From: Candidatus Kapaibacterium sp. | Lineage (GTDB): Bacteria > Bacteroidota > Ignavibacteria > Kapaibacteriales > WFXC01 | NCBI GenBank assembly: GCA_027082775.1 | Contig: JALWUI010000112.1 | Coordinates: 1-61,014 of the forward strand | Reading direction: 5' to 3' | Length of the DNA: 61,014 nucleotides | Part shown: piece after piece, positions 17,801-29,800 of the stretch | How the letters are laid out: every line of letters starts with the position of its first letter | How positions within the stretch are numbered: position 1 is the stretch's first letter | Translations under genes and position numbers: made by a program | The notes under the pieces: generated by a model | What the model was told of the DNA's origin: nothing | The model's database searches: none | What the model saw: the letters and a program-made list of their open reading frames with translations, nothing else

Positions 17801-20800
17801 CCTGGAGACTAATAGTCACAGTCGTGGAAGCATAGATCCCTGTAGTCACCCGGTTACCGAAGAAGTCCTGTACCTCTACAACTGGATCTGGACTCATCAC
17901 TGACATCGAGCCAATCGTCGTCGGCGGCTGCACGACAAAGGCAACCTTATATGCATCGGTATGCGTAATCACAAAGGCAGTAGAAGTTGTCGACTGCAGC
18001 AAGGTCGTTCCATACGTTCCGCTTGCTGTCAGGGTATAGGTTCCAACCTTTTCGACTGCCATTCCAGTCCAGGTTGCCTCACCATTTGCATCACTGAACA
18101 CCGGCAATGCCGGATCGGTATGGAGCACTCCACTGACTGGATTCAGACTGAGCGAGATAGTCGCACCAGCTACGCTGACATCATTACCACACTGATCAAT
18201 CACCTGTACAACCGGCAACACAGACAATTGTCCACCAACGGACAGATTACCTGCTTCACCATCGCCCGGCTGCGTCTGGAACTTCAACGCATACGGATCA
18301 CCCGGCGTAATGGTCAGTGTGAAGGTCCCAACGATCGTGGCTCCAGTGACAGACACTGCCTGTGCTGTTACCGTATAGGTCCCGACGGGACCATAGACCG
18401 TGACGTTATTGAAGTTCGCAATGCCGGTATGGATATTTGCATCCGTGCTATTCGGCACCAGCGTTACTCCTGCAGGAGTCACTAATGTCACCGTGCCATT
18501 GGTACCGACAGCATTGCCACACGCATCCCGGAATGTTACGGTGAAGTTCGGCAACTGATAACCACAACTGGTCGTAACCGCTGTAATGGAGGGATCTAGC
18601 GAAACAGCGTCGACGATAAAGCTACTGGTGGTTGTCAGGTTATTACCGAACAGATCAACATACGTTGCAGTCACCGTATAGGTTCCAGCCGTCATTCCAC
18701 CAAAGTTGAAGTTATCACTGTGGCTGCTTTCATTATTCACCGTAAAGACCTGCACATCATTGTAACTCGGTCCGGTAATCTGCACCTGCAATGTCCCCGT
18801 GGTATTGATCGGATTACCACAGTAATCCTTGAAGTCTACCGTAAACGGCAACGTCGTCGGCATCCCAACGCACGTGGTCGATGGTGCCGGGTTGAACGCA
18901 ATCGATTCCACATTCACATAGAACGTCGTCGTTGTCGTAAACGGCGTACCACAACTGTTGCTGAAGTTCGCTACTGCTGTGTAAATCCCACTGGTCGACC
19001 CACTGAAGCTCACCGGCACCGTCGTCGTTGTCACACTGACGAAGGGATGCACTACCGTCTGACTATAGCCCGGTCCCGTAATTGCCAGTGTCACACTTCC
19101 GGTTGTCTCGATCGGCGAATTGCACCCATCGTAGAAGTTCACATCAAAGTTCAGCGACGACACCGTGCACGAACTGCTCGGCACATCCCCATACGCGATC
19201 GACTGCACATCTACCACAAAGGTCCACGCCGGACTGCTGATCCACATCCCACTCAAATTCTGCACCGCCGCATACGCCGTGTATGTCCCCGCTGTCGACG
19301 TGCTGAAGGCAACACTGACTGTCCCTCGCGTTGCATTACTGATCCCACCAGGAATCGTAAAGATCTGACTATAGCCCGGTCCCATAATCTGGATCTGCAC
19401 ATCACTGGTCGTCACGATCGGATTATTGCAGAAGTCAAATACATCCACCGTGAAGTTCAACGTTGCCGTGCCACACGTCCCGTTCGGACATCCTGCCGGT
19501 CCCGCTGAAATCGCTACGTGGTCAACATCGATCGTGAAGCTCGCACTGGTGCTCAACACATTCCCAAACAGATCCGGATATGTCGCCGTTGCTGTGTATG
19601 TCCCAGCCGTCACTCCACTGAAGCTTAACCCTGCCGACAGATGATTGGTCGCCGTCACTCCAAACGTCTGCGTATTGCTGTAACTCGGTCCAACGGTCGT
19701 CACCGTCACTGTCCCACTGGTATTGATCGGCATTCCACAGGCATCCAGAAAGTCCACGCCAAAGTTCAACGTCGCCGGTCCGACACAACTGGTCGATGGC
19801 GCCGGATTGTAGGCTATCTGCTCAACGTTGATATAGAAGGTTGCTGTTGTTGTCAGGACAGTTCCTACAACGTTTGCAAAGGTTGCAACCGCTGTGTACC
19901 ATCCTGAGGTGGTTGCACTCAAAGACACATTCACCTTCGCATTGACCGAAGCAACCGTGCTGCCACTGAACACTGTTGGCCCATACCCACCAGCGCCGGT
20001 GATGGTAATATACACGGTTCCGGTCGATGCTAACGGGTTGTTACAGGCATCATAGAAGCTCACCTCAAAGACAAGGTTATCAATGGTGCACGAACTTGGT
20101 GGCGTGCTGGTGTAGGCAATGTGATCCACATCGATCAGGAAGGCGTTCGATGTTGTACTAATCGTCGCGCCCAGAATATTGGCGTGTGTTGCAGTAATAG
20201 TATAGTATCCCGCTAACGGCGCCGTGAAGGTGACACCGCTAAAGACCGCCACGCCATTGACAGCGTTCACACTGATCTGGCTACTACCGTTCAGCAGCGC
20301 TCCGCCACTGGCAAAGGCATAGACGCTACCGTTCGTTGTCGAAACGTTCGTACAGTTATCATACAGCGTCACTTCAAACGGTGCCATTGCCCCACCCGTA
20401 CAACTGGTTGTCGGCTGCACCGTAAAGCTTGCCGCACTGACAATCGGCGAAGTGCTCAGCAAGAAGGAAGCAGAGGTGACAAACAATGACGGATTCGTAA
20501 TTCGTGCTTCGAGTTGATAGTAACCCCACGGTGCGTTCACCCGGAGATTGGTAAAGGTTCCCGTTGCATCACCCGTATTAAAGCTCGCCGTTGTCGGCGG
20601 CAGAATTGTCATCGATGGCGTTGTAGAGTACATATAGATTTCCGTGATATTCGCATTCGTTGCACGATTATCCCATTGATCCCATACTGCCACGACCGGT
20701 GCCGGGGAGAAGACACCCTCGCAGTAATTATCCGTCGGCTGCTGGATAAAGCTCAGATGATCTGGTACATCGGGTACCACTGTAAAGCTATTGGAAATCG

Positions 20801-23800
20801 CATCACTGATCAATCCACCAACAGAAGCTCTCAACGTGTAGATTCCCGCTTTGAGCAAGCGGACATTGGCAAAGGTTGCAATTCCACCCTGTGACAGAAC
20901 GGTACTAATCGTCCCGCTGGAACTATACAGTCCTGCCACATTTGGCGTATAGGTATTGATACTCAACGTCACGTTACCATTAACCGTTGGATTCAAGTTC
21001 CCATACTGATCCTGGAACTGAACGACCAAATTCGTGCCGGTATTCTCAATCAGTGCATTGTTATTGGTACACCGTGCTTCCATATTGGAGAAGACATATC
21101 CTGCCGTCGTTACCGATGGCGGCTGCGAATAGAATGCCAACTTCACTGCCGATGCTGGCGACACCGTAAACAGTGCCGACGTAGCAGGCGTCAGCACAGC
21201 CGCATTATCTTCTGCTCGCAAATAATACGTTCCCGCACGAGTCATCGAAAGATCATTAAAGGTTGCAACACCATTTACAACCGGCTGGCTCAGCGTTCCG
21301 CTCAGAATTCCATCATTACACGGCGCCAGCAAGCTGGAGCTGGTCACAACGCTGATGTTCACTGTTCCGACGAAATCACACCGGATATTTCCATACGCAT
21401 CCTTCACTGCAACCTTGACCGTACCGAGATTGCCACCAGCCGTGATATTATTCGGATCCTGGATGAAGTCGAGTTGCGTTGCAACACTATGGAATGGCTT
21501 CAATGTTATCGTCGCTCGAGTTTCAAGGAGCGAACCTCCGGAGGAAACCGACAGAATCAACGTCGCAGTCGTATTCTGATTACAAACGGACGGATCCCAT
21601 GCGATGGTAACAGCCGTGCTATACAGGGTATTCGCGTTACTGAGCGTAATAGGCGACGTTGGTGAAAGCAGCGTCAACCCTGGCACAGGATTGCCACCAC
21701 TACCGACAACGCTGAATTGCACCTGGGTACCCGTTGCTGTCGTTGCTGTCGGATACAGATCCGGATTCAACGTCTGGAAGTACACCATAAACGGTTTCCG
21801 GCTAATTTGCGGCGTCGACGCTTTCACACCACTCTGATCATACGGATTCACCGTTCCGACAGCCGATGTGCTAAATGCCAGACGATCGGCGGGCTTATTC
21901 GGCTTGATCGTCAACGTCACCGATGTAGACTGCAATGCTGTACCTGCACTGATGACACTCAACGTCAACGTCGCTGTCGTGTTCGTGCTGCCTGTCCAGC
22001 TTATCGTTGCCTGGGTCGTACCGGTAGCGGTATATTGTGCCACCACTGTTGCCGTTGTACTACCCGGTCCTCCAATACCATAGAGACTCAGTCCGGGATC
22101 AGTGATCGTTAGTGATAACGCGACCGTCGTATTGGCAGTTGTCGCTGTCAGCGTCCCTGCATTATTGAACAAGCCAAAGTTCACCGGGAATGGCACCTGA
22201 CCAGTGACCGTAGTATTGCCGCCATTGAATCCATCAATACCCGTTGGGCTGGTCGTACTAAACGCCAGTCGATCAGCAGCACCTTCCAGAATGAACGGAT
22301 CAGAGTACACAGCAAATCCAGTCAACAATGTAGTGGACCCGCTGGTTGCTTTCAATTGATACGTCCCCGGCGCTCCATTGATGATCCGCATTGTATTAAA
22401 GATTGCGATACCACTGGTGCCGGTACCAACGGAATTATTGACAAATGTCAGCGCAGCCGTTGTGGTCAGGTTCACCACGATATTTTGATTCGTTACGCGG
22501 TTCCCCCACTGATCCAGCGCTTCGACCGCAACGACATTGCCATACGAGGCATTGGTTCCCTGAACCACATTTCCAATAGCAGAAGTTGTTGGCTGCGACA
22601 CAAAGCGCAGGGTCGATGCCGTGGTCGGCGTGATCTCAAAGGCATTGGAAATCGCCGATCCATACGTCAAGCCTGCATCAGCTTTCAATCGATAGATTCC
22701 TGCTCGATCGATTCGGACATTGGCAAAGGTCGCGCGCCCACTTCCGGCGTCCATTATCACACTCAACGTTGAAGTCGTCAACGTTCCTGTCGTTACGAAA
22801 TACCCCGGTACATTATCCGGATTACCTGGTGTCGCACTTTGCGAATAGATACTCAACTGTACAACCGTTGTTACACCACTGGTTGGATTGCCATATTGAT
22901 CCACCAACTGCACCACTAAGTTCGTACCCGTATTCTCAATAGTCGCACCGGTTGCACAGGTCGCTTTCATTCCGGAGAACACCAATCCTGCCGACGTTGA
23001 TGCTGGTGGTTGCGACCAGAAAGCAATAGCAGTAGCCGTCGATGAGAAGATCAGGAACTGCGTCGAGGTTGTTGGCGCAATCAGATTACTGGGATGGTAC
23101 GCATACAGGGTATACGGCACTCCATCGATATCTCCAACATCGATATGCAACGTTGCAAAGGTTGCAACACCATTCACCGCTGATTTGATAATAGTGCCTG
23201 TAGCGGTCGTCGAATAATCTTTCAGTACTGTGTTCGGATCACCCGGACAGGCACTTCCGTCACTGCCAATGGTGATATACACATCACCGTTATAACTCAA
23301 GATCACATTACCAAACGTATCCAGACACTGCACCGCTACCGGATCCACACCATTTCGCGTCAGCACCGCTCCGGCCGTTGCATTCGTCACTGGCGGCGAG
23401 GCCGTCTTGAAGCCGTACCGTGCCACTCCGTTAGCCAGTGCATTCGGATCATACGGCAACACCGTGATGTTAACGCTGGTGATTGCCAACACAGGACCGC
23501 TTTGCACTGCCAATGTCAATGTGGCAACCGTACTGGTATTCCCAACGTACGTCAGTTTAATATTCGAGATCGTTCCGCTGCTGTTACCGATTGCCAGATT
23601 CGCCAAGGTCGTTCCAACGATCGTCACTCCGGTATTGGAAGTAACACCAACAACGGTTGCAGCCGTCACGCCGGTTTTGAGATTAGCACTATTCCAGGTT
23701 TCAAAGTCAAAGCTGAACGCCTGATTGCGGATAACCTGTGTCGTAATAGAAGTAAACGCCAGCTTGATCGGCGCTGCCTTGATGGTAATCGTCGTTGTCG

Positions 23801-26800
23801 TTGAGCTCAGGCTATGTCCACTGGTGGTCGACACCGTAAAGGTTGTCGTCACATCGGTGTTCCAGGCATTATCCAGTGCCACGGTAATCGTCGCAGCCGA
23901 CGTATTCGCAGCAATCGTTGCTACGGTACTTCCACTGAATTTAGTCAGCGCCGGATGATTCCAACTCAACTCAATATTCGTATTCACCGGCACTGGGACC
24001 TGTACATCAGCCGAGTTCACCGAAATGACATTTACATTGAAGGTCTGGCGATTGTAAATGGTCGCCGGTGTCACGCTGGCAACCTTCAGTTTGGATGGAT
24101 ATGAGTACACCGTAATGGTTGCCTGTGTTGACGCCAATCCTGTCCCCGACAGGGTCAGGGTAACCGTCGTTGAAGCGGATTCTGTATAGGTCAACGTCAC
24201 ACTCAACGTCGTAATTGCATCGGGATCATCTTTCTGGAAGACAAAGGAATTGGGTGATACCGTCACGCCCGGATAGCTGGAGGTGATATTGATAACGGTA
24301 TTGGCACTGGTTGCCCGCAGATCTGCATCGGGACTAAAGGTAGCAGCAGTGATGGTAAATGGCGTACCGGAAATAGCAGTTGCTGGCAATCCATCCCGCT
24401 CATTCGGACTGGTATCATCCCACGCCAGATTCGTTGCTGGCTTCGCGTAGAAGGGCACTGTCAACGTCGTAGAGTATGGATAGTTTCCTACGGAAGACGC
24501 CGTCACCGTGACCGTTCCCATCGTTGCTGGGCCAGTGTAACCGAAGGTCATTGTCGCTTCAACATAGTTATTGCCTGCGGTCAGCGTCGTTGACGCCGGC
24601 GTTGCGCTGAATCCAGCACTGATCGCTGCGGATGGTCCATAGGTAAAGGCAATGACCGCATCGGCAGTTGTGGAGCGCAACTCACCGAACATACTGAACG
24701 ATCCAGTGGTCACCGTAAACGGCTGATCTTCCATAATCGGATTTGGATAGGTATCGAATCCATCCGTACCGAACGAGGAAGTCGAACTATACGCCAGACG
24801 CACTGCCGGACCAGTAATCGTGATTGAAATGGTAGTCGACACAGGATATCCTGGTGCCGACGCCGTAACCGTTGCAACCGTATTAGCAGGCGTTCCGAAG
24901 TAACGGAATTCCAGATTAGAGCTCACCTGATACGTGTTGATTGCAAGCTGTGCGGTGGTACTACTTCCCCATACACCGCCCGATTGCCGCACCTGAACAC
25001 CGGCATTGACACTGATCGTTACATTAACAGTGCCAGAAGTTTCACGGAACCAGTCATCCGGACTGAAGGAGCTAACCGTCACCGGCACGGGAGTTCCTTC
25101 AGTCACTGTCAGGTTTCCACCATTAAATCCAGAGGTAGCGCTGGTATTGCCATTATCCACACTGAATGCCAGCTTCGTTGGTTCCTTCGGATTGAAGTTT
25201 ACCGTGACATTGGTGCTGTATGGATAGTTGACGCTGGCAGCCGTGACAATTACATTGAACGGATCATTTTCAGCACCGCTATAATTGAGCGTAAAGTTGC
25301 CAGTCGTATGAGTTGCCCCAGCATTCAACGCTATCGTATTTGGCACAATGGATACACCTGCCACATCGACGGTTAAGTTCACCGTGGTATTTGCTGTTGT
25401 AGCACGCAGGTGACCAAAGGCACTCCACGAACCGACCGTCACCGGGAAGGCAACACCTTCGTTTGCACTGAGCGATCCACCGTTGAATCCATTGATTCCC
25501 GTGGAACTGGTGGTTGAATACGCCAACCGGACTGCCGGATCCGGCTGGACGGTAATCGTTGCTTGCGTTGTGGATCCAATCGCTGGAGCCGTGGCGGTCA
25601 GCGTCGTCGCAACTGCTGCTGTACCTGTTCCTGTATAGATCACCGTAATGGAATGATTCGTAACTGCCGTATTGGCATAAATTGTCCCGACCGCTCCTGC
25701 ATAGATCATAAACGGTCCGGTTACACTGTAATTCACCGTCAAATTCGCTGTTGTTTCACGCAGGTTTCCATCGACCGAGAATGTTCCATTTGTCACCGTA
25801 AAGGCAACGCCCGAATTCACCGTTCCTGATGGAACCCCATCAGTTCCTGTTGTGCTGGTTGTACTATAGGCAATAATCGAAGCAGGTTTGCCAACAACGG
25901 TCACATTGATGGAAGTTGCTGTTAGCACATTGCCGGCTGCCGAAGCCGTAAGGGTAATAACAACCGATGGTGCAACCCCAGTGTAATCAAATTCAATATT
26001 TGCCGTACTGGAGAACGTATTCGCTACGATCGTCATCGTGGTGCTGGAGCCAAACACTCCGCCATTGGCTCTAAGCGTTACCGCAGGATCCGAACTGGTC
26101 AGTGTTATGGTAACATCTGCATTGGTAGAACGTAAGTATCCTTCAGCACTAAACGTTCCAATGGTCACCGAAACGGGAGAATTCTCATTCACTGTTAAGT
26201 TTCCTCCGTTAAATCCATTGGTTGCTGTTGATGCTGTCGTCGAAAATGCCAGATGCCGTGCTGGCGTCGGCGTAACCTGAATCGTAATGGAAGTCGCCAC
26301 TAACGACGGATTAGATACCACCACCGTCACTGTTGTTGCTTGCGCCGATGTACCAATGTACTCAATGATGATTGAATTCGTAGTTGATGCTGCTCCAGCA
26401 TACAACGTAACATCCTGCGTTGCCTGCAAGCTGGACCCAACTTTAAATCGGAAATTCGAAGCTTCCGGACCGCTGTAAGAAAACGTCAACGTCGTCGTTG
26501 CATTGGTCGCCACAAGGTTTCCACCCAGGCTGAAGGTTCCAACAGTAACCGTAACGGGCTGCCCGGACACAATGCCGGTTGTCACGCCACCATTAAAGCC
26601 TTCGATTGCCGTCGCAGAAGTTACCGAGTACGCCAAGGAATGAGCGGGACCCGGCGTTCCTAAGGTAAAGTACATCGGGGAGGCAAACAATCCCGTCAAC
26701 GTGCCTTCTACATAATTGTATGCACCAGAACTTCCGCGAACAAGATCAATCGAATGCCGCTCAGTCCAGTTGATTCCATCGGAACTGGTGTAGAATACCA

Positions 26801-29800
26801 GCGTTGTAGGATCCAGAGAATTCAGATGATCGGACAAGTAACTGATCCGCACTTTTTCAACGATTCCGCTCTGGCCCGTACTTACCTTATATATCCGAAC
26901 AATGCTGGTCGTCAGCGGCGAAACACTCAGCGTTGTGGACACCGGAATCAAATCGACTTCAATGGGTCCAACCAACGCACTATTGCCAAAGTCAATGCCC
27001 AGTCCTGCTGGACCCGGTGTATCAAGCGTTGCGTTAATAGTCAGGGACGTAGCGTGGACCGTTGCAGTTGTGTTGCCGCCGGTGTTCACAACAACTGATC
27101 CTGTCGTCTCTGCCAGGGTTCCACCAGCACCCAGCTCTAAGTTGTTGTTATTCAGATCCAGATTCGCACTCCCGCTGGTGACATATACCGTTCCACTGGC
27201 CAACGTTACATTACCTCCGAGGGTTACGCCACCACTATTCGCGACATACACATTGCCATTCGGATCGGCACCCCACTCACCACCGGTGGTATGTGCCGCC
27301 GTTCCCTGGTACCACAGATCTACGCCACTACCGTAGGTCGGTGTCCCATTAATTGTGGGGTCATTGATGATGTAGAAATCCGTGTTATTCTGGAAGTTGA
27401 GATTGTTGGCGTTATTCAACGTTATAGTTCCACCACTTTCCTCTACAACCGCCCGTGTGTGGATATTGACCGCATTGGTTAAACTCACTGTGCTGTTAGC
27501 ACTGAAATGATCGCGAATTTCGAACGCTCCTAAATTATTCAGTGCTGGATCAAAGCCGAATGTGACTGAACCATTCGTCCCATAGAAAATCAATGTTGAA
27601 GTTGTCACCCCTGCTGCTCCACCAAACGCTCCAGTACCAGCAGTGACAATAGTACCATACACGTGAAGTGTTTCCTTCATTCTCAACGTTCCATCATTCA
27701 AAGTGAGCGTTCCACTGGTTGCCAGCGTCAACGTATTGACCGTCACAATCTGCGATGCAGAGCTCACTGTCAAATTTAGTAGATGCTGTCCAGTGAAGTT
27801 AAAGTCGCCACTGATGGTTGCGGCATAGATGTGGAGTGATGAGGTTTCCGATCCTTTGTAGTTTCCACCGGTATTCGTAATAGTTCCCCCGGTTGCAACT
27901 GTGAGCGCATGATTCGGTGCAATATGAACGGTTCCAGCCGCATTGAGCAATGTCCCGTTCACCGTCACAGTAGCAACGGTCGCTATTTCCCCTGTGCGAT
28001 TCATTGTGAAGTTCCCAAGATTCTGATCTCCCTGGAATGCAAAAGTTCCCGAAATAGAAGCATTCCCTGCAATCGTCAGATCCGATGCCGGATCCCCCAT
28101 AAATGGCTGTGCCACGCTCAGCGTGATTGGACCATTTAACGTCAGATCATAGCTATTCAGATCCAGATATCCAGCGGAAACGGTAAAGCTACCATCAATG
28201 TCTTTTGCTCCGGTCAAATCAGCAGTCAGCACCACTCCTCCACTATTGCTCACAAAGAAGTTGTACGGCGCATTGGTAGCGGCATTCTCCAGTTCCGGTG
28301 TCGACGTCCGCTGGGTACTTCCCGCATACCACAGCGTCGATGTTGGACCATAGGTAATCTGTGAAGCGTTAGTAGCAATCTGGGCATTATCCCAGATTGT
28401 CCAGGTGTTATACAATGTCATCTGGAAGCCATCACCGAGCCCAAAGGTAAAGCTATTTGCCGTAACCGTACAGTTCGTCACCGACAGTGCTGCACCTGTG
28501 ACGGTCAGAGATCCAGTACCACCATTAAGATTGAGTGTCAACGTACCGATCGTGGCTGCTGCCGCAGCAAAGTCGATTGATGTTGAGCCGGAAGTTCCGG
28601 ACACTGCAATAGTAAGATCCGAAGAAGCACTCCCAGCGAAATCAGCATTAGCGACATCAAAGCTGAAAATCCCACCAGAATTTTGAATCGTCAAATGATT
28701 GCCATTCAAATCAAATGTTCCGGCCACAAATTGTGTTGCCGAACTCACCAAGGTTAAATCGCTGCACAAATAGACGGTCTGCCCCGGCCGATTCACCGTA
28801 ATATGGTGGAGCGTCTGATATCCTGCATCAAAATTCAAATAAACATCGCCAGCAGCGCCCTGCAAAACTTCAATCCACGCTGATGCAGATCCCCGCAACT
28901 TACCACCTGCCGAGCACGTCAGCGTTGTCCCATAGAGCGTTAGCGGTGAACCAATCGCCAAGGTTCCCTGCTTCAGGGACAACGTTCCGCTCGTCCCAAT
29001 TGCCAAATTCGACGCTGTAATATTCACATTCCGATCCAGCTCAAAGGTTTTGAGAATCGAACCGGATACAAAATCAAACTGTCCATTGACGGCACCACTT
29101 CCATTGAGAATGATTGTTCCCGCTCCCGGTGTAGAAGCGGTAAACTGCGAACCGGAAGTAATGACTACCGTACCAGACAATGTCAACGTTTCGTCATCCA
29201 CATCGACCACCGCCGAAGCATTCGTGACAACAAAACTCCCTGTAATAGTCGGCGAAGTTGTCAACTGCCAGTTACCTGGAACATCCACGGTCAAACTCCC
29301 GCTGATGGCTGTTGGCAGACCATCCCCGCTGATCTGCCCCGAAGCCCCATTGTAGACATAATGAGCAGCCCCATTAAAATTCCGTGCTCCTGTTTGCACA
29401 CTCCCTGTATTGCTGCTACTACTGATCCCCTGGGGATTAGCTGTCTTCAATGTCGCTCCGGAGTACAGATTAAAGGTACCGCCAGCCCCACTGAAAATAT
29501 TGCTTGCATCAAAAATGATCGTCCCATATACGTGAATAATACCACCATTGACATTATACGAAGTTGCCAGAGTTACATCCGATCCGCTTTGTACGGTCAT
29601 ACTCCCCTGAATGGTTGCTGGCAATCCTGAAGTGTTCTGCCCTGTACCGGTGAAATAGTAATGCCCATCGGATGCCAGCGTAATAGTGTTGGTATTGATA
29701 TTCCCCGCTGCTCCTGTCACCTGTGTAGCCGAAATGTAGAGATGTCCTCCTGGGTCCAGAATAAAAGTTCCCGTTCCTGTAACCTGTTTCGCTCCAGCAA